This document shows, piece after piece, positions 27,946-37,419 of a stretch of 45,993 nt of DNA. The stretch covers positions 1 through 45,993 of the forward strand of contig JBGPXN010000015.1 in the NCBI GenBank assembly GCA_041492755.1. Reading direction: 5' to 3'. The notes under the pieces are model-generated. The model did not search any database. It had not been told where the DNA came from and was given only the letters and a program-made list of their open reading frames with translations. Position 1 is the stretch's first letter. Each line of letters starts with the position of its first letter. Source of the DNA: Candidatus Methylomirabilia bacterium (lineage in GTDB: Bacteria; Methylomirabilota; Methylomirabilia; Rokubacteriales; CSP1-6). A program made the translations under genes and the position numbers.

Positions 27946-28704
27946 GTGTTCGACCTCAAGGGACGCGTCGCGATCGTGACCGGTGGCAACGGCGGCATCG
28001 GTCTGGGCATGGCGCAGGGCTTGGCGGACGCCGGCGCCAGCATCGTCGTCGCCGGCCGCAATCGTGAGAAGTCCACGACCGCGGTGCGAAGCCTGGAATT
28101 GCGTGGCGTGAGCGCGCGCGCCATCGCCGTCGACGTCACCGACGAAGCGGCCGTCCGCGCGCTCGTGCAGGGCACGCTCGACGGGTACGGACGGCTCGAC
28201 ATCCTCGTCAACAACGCCGGGACGAACATCCGTAAGCAGCCGCACCAATACACCCTCGCCGAGTGGCAGCAGGTTCTGAACACCAACCTCACCAGCGCGT
28301 TCATGTGCGCGCAGGCCGCGTATCCAGCCATGAAGGCGGCCGGCGGCGGCAAGATCATCAACATCGGCTCGATGATGTCGATCTTCGGCGCCTCGTTCGC
28401 CGCGCCCTACGCGGCCAGCAAGGGCGGGCTCGTGCAGCTCACCAAGGCCCTCGCCGTCGCCTGGGCGGGCGACAACATCCAGGTGAACGCGGTCTTACCC
28501 GGCTGGATCGACACCGAGCTCACGCGCGACGCCCGGCAGCAGGTGCCCGGACTGCACGACTCCGTCCTCGGCCGCACGCCCGCTGGGCGGTGGGGCGAGA
28601 TCGGCGACATGTCGGGCGTCGCCGTGTTCCTCGCGAGTCGCGCCTCCGACTTCGTGACCGGCACCGCCATCCCGGTCGACGGTGGCTACTCGATCAAGGG
28701 GTAG
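27946..28704 (+). CDS. SDR oxidoreductase (2-deoxy-D-gluconate 3-dehydrogenase-like)
   Basis: FDLKGRVAIVTGGNGGIG, NNAG, YAASKGG, PVDGGYS; AAGGAGG RBS. Confidence 0.9.
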   Translation: MFDLKGRVAIVTGGNGGIGLGMAQGLADAGASIVVAGRNREKSTTAVRSLELRGVSARAIAVDVTDEAAVRALVQGTLDGYGRLDILVNNAGTNIRKQPHQYTLAEWQQVLNTNLTSAFMCAQAAYPAMKAAGGGKIINIGSMMSIFGASFAAPYAASKGGLVQLTKALAVAWAGDNIQVNAVLPGWIDTELTRDARQQVPGLHDSVLGRTPAGRWGEIGDMSGVAVFLASRASDFVTGTAIPVDGGYSIKG

Positions 28705-28760
28705 CCGCGCGCGGCCCAATTTCCTTGCGATCGGACGGGGCGAGTTGCTAGCCTCGTGAC

Positions 28761-29207
28761 ATGACTATTTTCAAGCGCGCTCTGACCGTCGTCGGTCTCG
28801 TCTCGCTTCTCACCGCCTGCGCCACCGCCCCCTCGCGGCCGGTGCGGACCGAGTTCGAGGACATCCCGGTGCCCAAGGGGCTCGCGTACCTGGACGACCA
28901 GTCAACGATCATCGAGTCGTCGCACCTCAAGGCGGCGCGGCTCGTGTATCGCGGTCGGCTCGAGCCGGTGAGCCTGGGCGTCGCGCTGCGGACGACGCTG
29001 GAGGCCAATGGCTGGCGCCACGTCTCGAGCGCAACGTCGGCCGACAACACGGCGGCCCAGATCTTCGAGAAATCAGGGCAGTCGCTTCACGTCAGGCTGT
29101 GGGAAGGGTTCTGGTTCACCTACGTGGAGCTGACCGCGGGCCGCGTGATTACCCCCGGAAGCGCCCGTCTGACGGACGGCGCCACGACGCCCGGTCCCGT
29201 GCGATAA
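28761..29207 (+). CDS. Hypothetical lipoprotein
   Basis: LTAC lipobox; FEDIPVP motif. Confidence 0.75.
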   Translation: MTIFKRALTVVGLVSLLTACATAPSRPVRTEFEDIPVPKGLAYLDDQSTIIESSHLKAARLVYRGRLEPVSLGVALRTTLEANGWRHVSSATSADNTAAQIFEKSGQSLHVRLWEGFWFTYVELTAGRVITPGSARLTDGATTPGPVR

Positions 29208-30657
29208 GGGCGTCGGCCTCCGCCGGCCCCCACGTGCCGGCGTCGTAGTTCGGGAACTCGGGCGGTGGGGACGTTTCCCACGCCTTGAGGATCGGGTCGA
29301 GGATCGTCCACGCTTGCTCGACCCAGTCGGCGCGCGCGTAGAGGGTCGCGTCGCCGTTGATGGCGTCCAGGAGCAGCCGCTCGTAGGCCTCCGGAGTCGT
29401 TCCGCCGAAGACCTCGTTGTAGTGGAAGTCCAGCGTGATGGGCGCCAGCTTGAGATCGGGCCCCGGCCGTTTGGCCGCCACCGTCAACTCGATCCCTTCA
29501 TCCGGCTGGATCCGGATCACGAGCACGTTGGATTGCGGGCCGTCTTGCTGACGCCGGAAGATCAGGTGCGGGGTCCGATGAAACTGGATGGCGATCTCGC
29601 TCACGCGTGACGGCAGCCGCTTGCCCGTCCTGAGGTAGAACGGCACGCCCGCCCAGCGCCAGTTGTCGATCAGCAGCCGGAGCCCGACGTACGTCTCCCT
29701 CCGCGAGTCGGGCGCCACGCCCTTTTCCTGCCGGTAACCGGCGACGGGCCGGCCCTCGATGAATCCGCCTCCGTACTGGCCGCGCACCGCGACCTCGTCC
29801 ACGCGCGCCTGCTCGATGGGCTGGATCGCGCGCAGCACCTTGTTCTTTTCCTCGCGGACGGGCTCGGCGTCGAAGGTCACCGGTGGCTCCATCCCGATCA
29901 GGCAGAGGAGCTGGAGCAGGTGGTTCTGGACCATGTCGCGCAGCGCGCCCGCTTCCTCGAAGTAGGCGCCGCGGTCCTCGACGCCGATCGTCTCCGCCAC
30001 CGTGATCTGCACGTGGTGGACGTGGTTGCGGTTCCACACCGGCTCGAACAGCCCGTTGGCGAAGCGGAACACCAGGATGTTCTGGACGGTCTCCTTGCCC
30101 AGGTAATGGTCGATCCGGTAGACCTGCTCCTCCGGGAACACGGTGAGGAGCTGTTGATTGAGCTCGCGCGCGCTGGCCAGATCGCGCCCGAACGGCTTTT
30201 CCACCACGATGCGCCGCCACCCACTATCGGGGCGGGCGAGCCCGGAGACGCCGATGTTGGCGATGATCGCGGAGTAGATGCTCGGCGGCGTGGCGCAGTA
30301 GAAGAGACGGTTGGCCAGTCCCCCGCGCCGCTGCTCCATCTCCCTCAGAACCGTGTCGAGCTCGCGGTAGAGCTCGGGACCCTCGGGATCGCCGGCCACG
30401 TAGGAGAGGGACGCGGCGAAGCGCTCCCACACCGTCTCCGACGGCGGCTGGATCCGGCCGAACTCGGTCACCGTCTCACGCATGCGCTGGCGGAACTCGT
30501 CCTGAGTGAGCGCCGTGCGTCCGGTCCCGACGATCGTGAACGGCTCCGGCAGCGTCCGCGACGCGTACAGGCTGAAGAGCGCGGGGACCAGCTTGCGGCG
30601 CGTCAGGTCCCCCGACGCGCCGAAGATCACCATCGAGAAGGGCGTGTCCGTGGCCAT
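29149..30657 (-). CDS. zwf: Glucose-6-phosphate 1-dehydrogenase
   Basis: IFGASGDL, EKPFG, RIDHYLGKETVQN, WAGVPFYLRTGK. Confidence 0.97.
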   Translation of the reverse strand: MATDTPFSMVIFGASGDLTRRKLVPALFSLYASRTLPEPFTIVGTGRTALTQDEFRQRMRETVTEFGRIQPPSETVWERFAASLSYVAGDPEGPELYRELDTVLREMEQRRGGLANRLFYCATPPSIYSAIIANIGVSGLARPDSGWRRIVVEKPFGRDLASARELNQQLLTVFPEEQVYRIDHYLGKETVQNILVFRFANGLFEPVWNRNHVHHVQITVAETIGVEDRGAYFEEAGALRDMVQNHLLQLLCLIGMEPPVTFDAEPVREEKNKVLRAIQPIEQARVDEVAVRGQYGGGFIEGRPVAGYRQEKGVAPDSRRETYVGLRLLIDNWRWAGVPFYLRTGKRLPSRVSEIAIQFHRTPHLIFRRQQDGPQSNVLVIRIQPDEGIELTVAAKRPGPDLKLAPITLDFHYNEVFGGTTPEAYERLLLDAINGDATLYARADWVEQAWTILDPILKAWETSPPPEFPNYDAGTWGPAEADALIARDRASWRRPSDGRFRG

Positions 30658-30693
30658 GAGGATGGGGCTACGCGCCGCGGCCGGGCCGCAGCG

Positions 30694-31446
30694 TCACCGG
30701 CTGGCGCGTCCGAGGAGCGCGGCCGCGGGCGCGTCGAGGAGCCAGCGGAGCCGGCCGCCGGCGGGCCGAACCATCGCGGCAGGGAGCGTCGCGCCCTCGC
30801 CCAGCGCTGTCTTCACCGCCTTGGCCTTCTCGGCCCCGGACACCAGGAAGATCACTTCCGCCGCCGCGTTCAGCACCGGGAAGGTGAGGGTCAGGCGCTG
30901 GGGAATGGCGGCGGCGGCCGCGTGCACGGCGGCGACGGACCGGAACACCTCCTTGAGCGCCGGCGAGCCCGGGAAGAGCGAGCCGGTGTGGCCGTCGAGC
31001 CCCATGCCGAGCAGGATGAGATCGAACTGCGGCAGCTCACCGCGCCGCGTGCCGAACACTTCGGTGAGCGTCCGTGCGTACTCGACCGCCGCGGCCTCGG
31101 GATCGTCGGATTCGCCGCGCAGGCGGAACACCTGAGCCGGCGGGATGCGGACCTTGCCCAGAAGGGTCTCGTTGGCCATGCCGTAGTTCGATTCCGGATG
31201 ATCGGGGGGTACGCAGCGCTCGTCGCCGAAGAACACCCACGTGCGGTCCCACGGCATGGCGTCGGCGTGGGGCGGCACCGCGAGGCGCATGTAGGTGGCT
31301 CGGGGGGTGGCGCCGCCGGCGAGGGCCAGGGTGAAGCGGCCGCGGGCCCGGACGGCTTCCCGGGCAGTATCGACGACCGCCTGTGCCGCGCGCTCGGCGA
31401 GGGTGGCCGCGTCGTCGAGGACGATGACCGAGGGCGACGCGTCCAT
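30694..31446 (-). CDS. pgl: 6-phosphogluconolactonase
   Basis: ALAGGATP, FFGDERCVPPDHPESN, LLGMGLDGHTGSLFPG, RLTLT. Confidence 0.95.
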   Translation of the reverse strand: MDASPSVIVLDDAATLAERAAQAVVDTAREAVRARGRFTLALAGGATPRATYMRLAVPPHADAMPWDRTWVFFGDERCVPPDHPESNYGMANETLLGKVRIPPAQVFRLRGESDDPEAAAVEYARTLTEVFGTRRGELPQFDLILLGMGLDGHTGSLFPGSPALKEVFRSVAAVHAAAAAIPQRLTLTFPVLNAAAEVIFLVSGAEKAKAVKTALGEGATLPAAMVRPAGGRLRWLLDAPAAALLGRASR

Positions 31447-31453
31447 GGTCAGA

Positions 31454-31846
31454 TCATACCGCGGGCGGTTCCCGCCTGGCGGCAAGCGCGGCGTCGAGCC
31501 GCGCTTGCGCGGCCAGCGCCTCGCGGTAGCGGGCGTGCCGGGCTCGATCGGGCTCGATGACGTCGATGATAGCGGGCGGGCCGGGCGGCAGGGGCTTCCC
31601 CCAATGCCAGAACGTGTCGATGCCGACCGCCTGGATCCCGAGGTGGCCGGGGCCGGCCAGAACCGCGTCGAGGCACGCGGCCACCGCCTCCAGCAGCCTG
31701 GCGGCGTCGTGCTCGACGCCGCCGTCGCGGGTGAGGCGCGGCTCGTACGCCACGCGCTGGAATCGCCCGGAGACGGCGGTGCCGGCGGCGTCGTAGAGCG
31801 CGGCGCGCGCCGACGAGGTCCCAACGTCCAACGCCAGAACGGCCAT
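31454..31846 (-). pseudogene. gntK: FGGY-family gluconokinase with in-frame internal deletion
   Basis: LALDVGTSSARA...GIDTFWH (81 aa) joined to C-terminal IEPD..RHARYREAL..Q.RL; 130 aa versus about 500 expected; next to pgl/zwf. Confidence 0.75.
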
Positions 31847-31868
31847 GGTGCGGGCTATTATGCTGGGC

Positions 31869-32087
31869 ATGGCGGAGGAGTGGGAAGTGCTGACGCTGCG
31901 CGGGCTGGCGGGGACCGACGAGCGGGCCGAAGAGTTCGTCGGCACCCTCGTCATCCATCGCGTCGGCTCCAAGGAGCCGGTGGAATCGATCACCGTTCGC
32001 GTCAAGCGCTCGATCCTGACCGAGCTCGGGGACACGGTGAGCCGGCTGCTCGCCCGTTCCACGCCCGCCCGGCGTCGCCCGCGTTGA
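31869..32087 (+). CDS. Small hypothetical protein, probably leaderless
   Basis: GC3-rich 72-aa ORF; TATTAT at 31856-31861, 7 nt before the ATG. Confidence 0.65.
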   Translation: MAEEWEVLTLRGLAGTDERAEEFVGTLVIHRVGSKEPVESITVRVKRSILTELGDTVSRLLARSTPARRRPR

Positions 32088-32112
32088 TGCGGTCACGCCA
32101 AAGGAGATGTCC

Positions 32113-32646
32113 ATGCCCAGGATCCGCGTGCTGAGCCCGGTGGGCGTCGAGCGGCAGGAGGTCATCACGATCCCTGCGCTGCCGACGAGCCTGGCCGGTC
32201 GTACCGTCGGCTTCCTCGACAACACCAAGGCGAACTTCGAGCGCCTCACCGCCGAGGTCGGCGCGCTGCTTCGCGAGCGCCACGGGGTGGCGACCGTGGT
32301 CCACCGCAAGAAGGCGAACGCGTCGACGCCTGCCCCGGCCGAGCTGATCGCCGAGATGGCGAAGACGTGCGACGTGGTGTTTGCCGGCTCCGCTGATTGA
32401 GGCTCGTGCACGTCGTGGAGTCTCCACGACACCCTCGAGATCGCGAAGATCGGCACCCCGGCCGGATTGATCACCACGACGACGTTTCAGAACCTCGCGA
32501 TGAGCCAGCTTCGCGCGCGCGGCGTGTCGGGCGTGCCGCTGCTGGTCATCGATCACCCGCTCGGCGGGGAGCGGCCGGAGGGCGTGGTGCGACGGGCCCA
32601 CCAGGCGTTCGAGCAGCTCGTCAGCCTCCTGGGCACCAAACCGTGA
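32113..32646 (+). CDS. UGSC-family selenoprotein (Sec at TGA 32398-32400)
   Basis: ...AGSAD-TGA-GSCTSWSLHD... continues in frame to TGA 32646; hairpin follows the UGA; AAGGAG RBS. Confidence 0.88.
32412..32430 (+). promoter_or_regulatory. Bacterial SECIS-like hairpin
   Basis: gtcgtgga-gtc-tccacgac, perfect 8-bp stem starting 11 nt after the in-frame UGA, with GU in the loop. Confidence 0.75.
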
Positions 32647-32670
32647 CCGACCGGGCGCCCGACACCGGCC

Positions 32671-33723
32671 ATGAGGAGTGAATTCACAGGGCGCGCGGTC
32701 GCGCCCGACACCATCGAAGTCGACGACGCGCCCGAGGCGCTGATCGAGGCGTTCGCCGAGCGCGAGTGGTCGGACGGGCTGCCGATCGTCCCGCCGACGC
32801 CCGAGCGCGTCGTCGCCATGCTGGGCGGGCGCGATCCGGCGCGTTCGCTGGGTGCCATGCCGCCGCTGTGGCGGGAGGCGACGCTCGAGAAGCTGGCGGT
32901 CAACGCCGTCATGGCGGGTTGCCGGCCCGCGTACTTTCCGCTGGTCGAGGCCGCCGTCGAGGCGATGCTCGACTCGACGTTCAACCTGTACGGCGTGCAA
33001 GCCACGACGCATCCGGTGGCCCCGCTCGTCATCGCCCACGGCCCCTACGCGCGCTCGATCGGCGTCCATGCCGGCAGCGGATGCTTTGGCCCCGGCTTTC
33101 GCGCCAATGCCACCATCGGGCGCGCGATTCGCCTGATTCTCCTCAACGTCGGTGGCGCGTGGCCGGGTCGCCACGACATGGCAACGCAGGGGAGCCCGGC
33201 GAAGTTCAGCTTCTGCATCGGCGAGAACGAAGAAGCCTCGCCGTGGGGACCGCTCGTGGCCGGCGACGCGGTCACCGTGTACGGCGGGGAGCCGCCCCAC
33301 AACGTCAACGACCACGTGGCGACGACGGCCGCCGGCATCCTGACCACCATCGCCCACACCGGCGTCGCCCTCGGCTCGAACGTCGGCTGGTACTTCGCTC
33401 AGAGTCAGCTCTTGATCGTGCTCGGCCCGGAGCACGCGCACACGATCGCCGCCGACGGGTTCACCCGCGCCGACGTGCAACGCTTCCTCTACGAGAACGC
33501 GCGCCTGCCGTTGCGCACGCTCAAGCTCGGCAGCATGTGGGGCATCCAGGACTGGCCGCCGTGGATGATGGCGGTCACGGACGACGACGCGCTGCTGCCA
33601 CAGGTTCCCTCGGCCGACGACGTCTTCGTGATGGTCGCGGGCGGGCCCGGCAAGCACTCCGCCGTCGTGCCGAACTGCTGCTTCAGTCGCGCCGTGTCCC
33701 GGCCGCTGCGCCTGCCGGCGTGA
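32671..33723 (+). CDS. Conserved protein associated with UGSC selenoproteins (function unknown)
   Basis: WSDGLPIVPPT.ERV..ML, EKLAVNAVMAGC.P, RANATIGRA.RL, ENEEASPW, VAGGPGKHS. Confidence 0.8.
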   Translation: MRSEFTGRAVAPDTIEVDDAPEALIEAFAEREWSDGLPIVPPTPERVVAMLGGRDPARSLGAMPPLWREATLEKLAVNAVMAGCRPAYFPLVEAAVEAMLDSTFNLYGVQATTHPVAPLVIAHGPYARSIGVHAGSGCFGPGFRANATIGRAIRLILLNVGGAWPGRHDMATQGSPAKFSFCIGENEEASPWGPLVAGDAVTVYGGEPPHNVNDHVATTAAGILTTIAHTGVALGSNVGWYFAQSQLLIVLGPEHAHTIAADGFTRADVQRFLYENARLPLRTLKLGSMWGIQDWPPWMMAVTDDDALLPQVPSADDVFVMVAGGPGKHSAVVPNCCFSRAVSRPLRLPA

Positions 33724-33952
33724 CCGTTTCGCTGCGGCGGGCCACGACCGCGAGGACGCTCGCGGTCGCGCTCGCGGTGTCCGGGGCGCCGCGGATCGCG
33801 CTCGCGCTGCCGTGAGCGAGGAGGCGCTGGCATGAAGGCGATGGTGCACGCACAATCACTCGGTCCGTCCGAAACGCGCGCACGCCGCACGGCTGCGTGA
33901 GAACCGCGATCACACGGCTCGCGTCCGCGGTGACGCGGCAGGGAGACGCGCC

Positions 33953-34855
33953 ATGAAGGTGGGATTCGTCGGCACCGGGACCATGGGCCAGCCCATGGTC
34001 GCCAATCTGCTCAAGAAGAGCTTCGCGGTGATCGCCTACGACATCGTCCCCGCCGCGCTCGAGGCGGCGGTGAAGCTCGGGGCCACGGGTGGCGGCTCGC
34101 CGGCCGAAGTCGCGCGCCAGTGCGATCTCGTCGTCACCATGCTGCCGTCGTCGGGCCACGCGGAGACGGCGTACCTCGGAGCCGGCGGGATCGCGGAGGG
34201 CGCGGCGAAGGGGCGGCTGTGCGTGGACATGTCGACGATCGATCCGAACACGTCGCGCCGGCTCGCCGCCACGCTCGCCGAGCGCGGCATTCGCTTCCTC
34301 GACGCGCCGGTGTCCGGCGGCGTGCCCGGCGCCACCGAGGCGACGCTGGCGATCATGGTCGGCGGCGAGGCCCGCGATCTGGACGAGGCGCGCCCGGCGC
34401 TCGCGGCGATGGGGGCCAACATCATCCACGTGGGGCCGGTCGGCGCGGGCGAGGTCGCGAAGATCTGCAACAACCTGATCGCGGGCGTGGCGATGATCGC
34501 GGTGAGCGAGGCGTTCCGGATCGCCGAAGGCTTCGGCGTGGACCCGCGCGTCCTCACCGACGTGATCTCCAAGTCTTCCGGCGCCACCTGGGCGATGCAG
34601 CACGGCCATCCGGTCCCGGGCATGGTGGCGAAGTCCGCCGCCAACCGGGACTACGCCCCGGGCTTCATGACCGACCTGATGGCGAAGGATCTCGGCCTCG
34701 CGGTGGAGGCGGCGCGCGCGCTCCGGGTTCCCGTGTTCGTCGCGCCGGCCGCGCAGCAATTGCTGCGGCTGGCGTCGTCCCACGGCTACGGTCGCAAGGA
34801 CTTCTCGGTGGTCTACGCGTTCCTCAAGCGATCCAGCGACCAGGCTCCGGTTTGA
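33953..34855 (+). CDS. mmsB: 3-hydroxyisobutyrate dehydrogenase
   Basis: GFVGTGTMG, DAPVSGG, KICNNL, P.PG......ANRDYAPGF.TDLMAKDLGLA. Confidence 0.88.
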   Translation: MKVGFVGTGTMGQPMVANLLKKSFAVIAYDIVPAALEAAVKLGATGGGSPAEVARQCDLVVTMLPSSGHAETAYLGAGGIAEGAAKGRLCVDMSTIDPNTSRRLAATLAERGIRFLDAPVSGGVPGATEATLAIMVGGEARDLDEARPALAAMGANIIHVGPVGAGEVAKICNNLIAGVAMIAVSEAFRIAEGFGVDPRVLTDVISKSSGATWAMQHGHPVPGMVAKSAANRDYAPGFMTDLMAKDLGLAVEAARALRVPVFVAPAAQQLLRLASSHGYGRKDFSVVYAFLKRSSDQAPV

Positions 34856-34857
34856 TC

Positions 34858-35171
34858 CTCGGAGGGGCCTCGCTAGCCTGGACTATTCGTGAACGCGCAC
34901 ACCGCGATCGACCGGGGGGCACGGGCGGAGATGGGGGGATGGGGTCCGGGTGACCCATTTCCCGGCACGCGAGACGACGACATCGCCGGATGGAATGGGA
35001 ACGGCTCGCCGGTGATCGGTACGCCGTCGGCTGTGGTCAGAGGACCCCGTCCCCCCATCTCCGCCCGTGCCCCCCGGTCGGCGAACGCGGCGCGCGTTCA
35101 CGAATAATCCAGGCTAGCCTCCTCCGAGACCTTCCCCGGGAAAGTTGCGGCGCCAAAGCCGCCGCTCGAAG
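34858..35171. repeat. REP-like palindromic element interrupted by the MITE
   Basis: ctcggaggggc (34858) pairs with gcctcctccgag (35117-35128); second hairpin gcggcgccaaagccgccgc follows. Confidence 0.6.
34873..35117. mobile_element. MITE-like element with ~80-bp terminal inverted repeats bounded by CTAG
   Basis: 34873-34955 is an imperfect reverse complement of 35035-35117; CTAG at both ends; no credible ORF. Confidence 0.7.
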
Positions 35172-35219
35172 AGAAGGTGCGCGCCGGCCCCGTGTCCGTG
35201 ATTCATGCGCCATGGCGAG

Positions 35220-35235
35220 TGCAACCGACGTGCCG
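35220..35235 (-). promoter_or_regulatory. Sigma-54 promoter candidate pointing into the REP/MITE
   Basis: CGGCAC-GTCGG-TTGCA. Confidence 0.55.
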
Positions 35236-35303
35236 CGCGCGGCGGCCGTGCGAAAACCGCGTGCTATACTGACCGCCGCTTTGTCGAGAAAGGAGCCTCG
35301 CCG

Positions 35304-35627
35304 GTGAGCCTCTACGTCATGCTCAGCACGCTGTCCGAATCGGGTCGGAAAGTGCTCCGCGGGCGTCCGGGCTGGATCCGGAAGGTCAACGCCGACGTCG
35401 AGCGGATGGGCGCGCGCGTCGTCGCCCAGTACGCCGTGCTCGGCCCGTACGATTTCGTGACGGTGATCGAAGCGGCCGACAACGCCGCCGTCTGGCGCGT
35501 GTCGGTCGAGCTCGGGGCGCGCGGCTCCGTCCAGATGATGACCATGGCCGCCCTGCCGCTGGACGAGTTCATCGAACGGCTGGAGGGGAGCGGCACCAAA
35601 GGGAAGGCGCGGAAGAAGCCACGATGA
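35304..35627 (+). CDS. GYD domain protein
   Basis: QYAVLGPYDFVTVIEA, ELGARGSVQ..T..A; AAGGAG RBS; TGCTATACT extended -10 at 35262-35270. Confidence 0.85.
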   Translation: MSLYVMLSTLSESGRKVLRGRPGWIRKVNADVERMGARVVAQYAVLGPYDFVTVIEAADNAAVWRVSVELGARGSVQMMTMAALPLDEFIERLEGSGTKGKARKKPR

Positions 35628-36094
35628 AAGTCCTCACGCTCCATCCGACGAAGTGCACGGGCTGTCTGCGCTGCGAGCTGGCGTGCTCGTACATGCAGAC
35701 GGGGACGTTCCAGCCCGCGAAGTCCGTCATCCGGGTCTCGCCCTTCGAGGGCCACACCTCCTACGCGCCCTACACGTGTCCGCAGTGCGCGGAAGGCTGG
35801 TGCATGACGGCCTGCCCGGTGGGCGCGATCACCATCAACGCCGCCGGCGCCAAGGACGTCGTCGATGACCTCTGCGTCGGCTGCAAGCTCTGCACGATCG
35901 CCTGCCCGTTCGGGACGATGTTCTACGATCCCGGCACCCGCAAGGCCTTCAAGTGCAACCTGTGCGGCGGCGATCCCGCGTGCGCGCATGCGTGTCCGAC
36001 CGCGGCCATCACCTTCGAGGAAGGCGCGCCGAGCGACTGGCTCGGTGACTTCGCGGTGGAGCGGACCGCGTACGTCCTGGCGGAGGCGCGGTGA
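35624..36094 (+). CDS. Polyferredoxin 4Fe-4S subunit (AorA-like)
   Basis: CTGCLRCELAC, CPQC....C..ACP, CVGCKLCTIACP, CNLCGGDPAC. Confidence 0.92.
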   Translation: MKVLTLHPTKCTGCLRCELACSYMQTGTFQPAKSVIRVSPFEGHTSYAPYTCPQCAEGWCMTACPVGAITINAAGAKDVVDDLCVGCKLCTIACPFGTMFYDPGTRKAFKCNLCGGDPACAHACPTAAITFEEGAPSDWLGDFAVERTAYVLAEAR

Positions 36095-37419
36095 TGGCGG
36101 CCCGTCACCTGGTCATCGGCGGCGGCACGGCCGGCATCAACGCGATCCGGACGATCCGGGAAGAAGAGCGCGAGCCCTCCGAGATCACCCTCGTCAGCGC
36201 CGAGAAGCCGTACTCGCGCATGGTGCTGCCGTACTACCTGGACAAGTCCATCGCCGAGTCGCACGTCTTCACGGCCACCGCGGCGGTGCTCGCGAAGTGG
36301 GGCGTCAAGGTGCTGGCGCCGCGGCGCGCGGCCCACCTCGATCCCAAGGGCAACGTCTGCACGCTTGACGACGGCGCCAGGGTCGAGTTCGACGATTGCC
36401 TCGTGGCCACCGGGTCGTCCGCGGTCCGGGCGCCGGTGCCGGGAGCCGATGGCAAGGGCGTGCACTCGTTCTGGACGCTCGAGCAGTGCCGCGCGCTCAT
36501 CGCGGACATCAAGCCCGGCCGCCACGTCGTCATGGTGGGCGCGGGCTTCATCGCCTTCACGATCCTGAACTCGATCCTGGCCCTCGGCGCCAAGCTGACG
36601 ATCGTCGAGATCGCCGACCGCATCCTGCCGCGGATGATCGACGCCACCGGCGCCGGCCTGGTGGAGGGCTGGCTGAAGAAGCACGGGGTGGCCATTCGCG
36701 CCGGCGCCAAGATCAAGAAGATCGAGGACGCCAGAGGCCGCAAGCGCCTGTCGTTCGCGTCCGGCCCCGACCTGGTCGCCGACGTGGTCATCATGGCCAC
36801 CGGCATCCGCACGAATCTCGAATGGCTCAAGGACTCCGGCGTGACGGTCCGCGGTGGCATCGTGGTCGACGAGCACCTGCGCTCGAACGTGCCGAACGTC
36901 TACGCCGCGGGCGACGTGGCCGAGGGCCGCGACCTCGTGTCCGGCGCCGCCGTCGTCCACGCCATCGAGCCCACCGCCCAGGAGCATGGGCGCGTGGTCG
37001 GCGCGAACATGGCGGGCAAGGACGTCCGCTATCGCGGCAGCCTGCTCATGAACATCGTCGAGGTCTGCCACCTCGACGTCGCCTCCTTCGGCGCCTGGGA
37101 CGACGGCAAGGCCGAGGCGATCACGTCGGTCATGGCCAACCGCCCCGCGTACCGCAAGCTGCTCTTCACCGGCGATCGGGTCACGGGCGCCATCATCCTC
37201 GGCCCGTCGCGCGATATCTGGACCACCAACGACGTCGGGATGCTCAAGGGCCTGGTACAGAGCGGCGTGTCCCTGGCGCGCTGGAAGGATCATCTGCGAC
37301 AGAACCCCTTCGACCTCAAGCCGGCGTACATCGCGGCGAGGACGGCGGGCGTGCTCCTCCCCGAAACCGTGCTGGGCCGTCCCTCCCTCGCGCCCAGCGA
37401 CACCCCGGTGGCCGTATGA
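36094..37419 (+). CDS. FAD/NAD(P)-dependent oxidoreductase (AorC-like)
   Basis: IGGGTAG, ATGS, VGAGFI, VYAAGDVAE. Confidence 0.88.
   Translation: MAARHLVIGGGTAGINAIRTIREEEREPSEITLVSAEKPYSRMVLPYYLDKSIAESHVFTATAAVLAKWGVKVLAPRRAAHLDPKGNVCTLDDGARVEFDDCLVATGSSAVRAPVPGADGKGVHSFWTLEQCRALIADIKPGRHVVMVGAGFIAFTILNSILALGAKLTIVEIADRILPRMIDATGAGLVEGWLKKHGVAIRAGAKIKKIEDARGRKRLSFASGPDLVADVVIMATGIRTNLEWLKDSGVTVRGGIVVDEHLRSNVPNVYAAGDVAEGRDLVSGAAVVHAIEPTAQEHGRVVGANMAGKDVRYRGSLLMNIVEVCHLDVASFGAWDDGKAEAITSVMANRPAYRKLLFTGDRVTGAIILGPSRDIWTTNDVGMLKGLVQSGVSLARWKDHLRQNPFDLKPAYIAARTAGVLLPETVLGRPSLAPSDTPVAV

Noticed and set aside
28711..28750. GG...TTGC motifs upstream of the lipoprotein (similar ones near 22-37 and 24718-24730)
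   Set aside because: Spacing is not GG-N10-GC, so not counted as sigma-54 sites
29149..29207. 59-bp convergent overlap of zwf and the lipoprotein gene
   Set aside because: Non-conserved tails; common in GC-rich genomes
33720..33900. Two tiny ORFs after the UGSC partner, one (MKAMV..., 33832-33900) with a GAGGAGG RBS
   Set aside because: Possibly gene debris, but no identifiable family and weak codon bias
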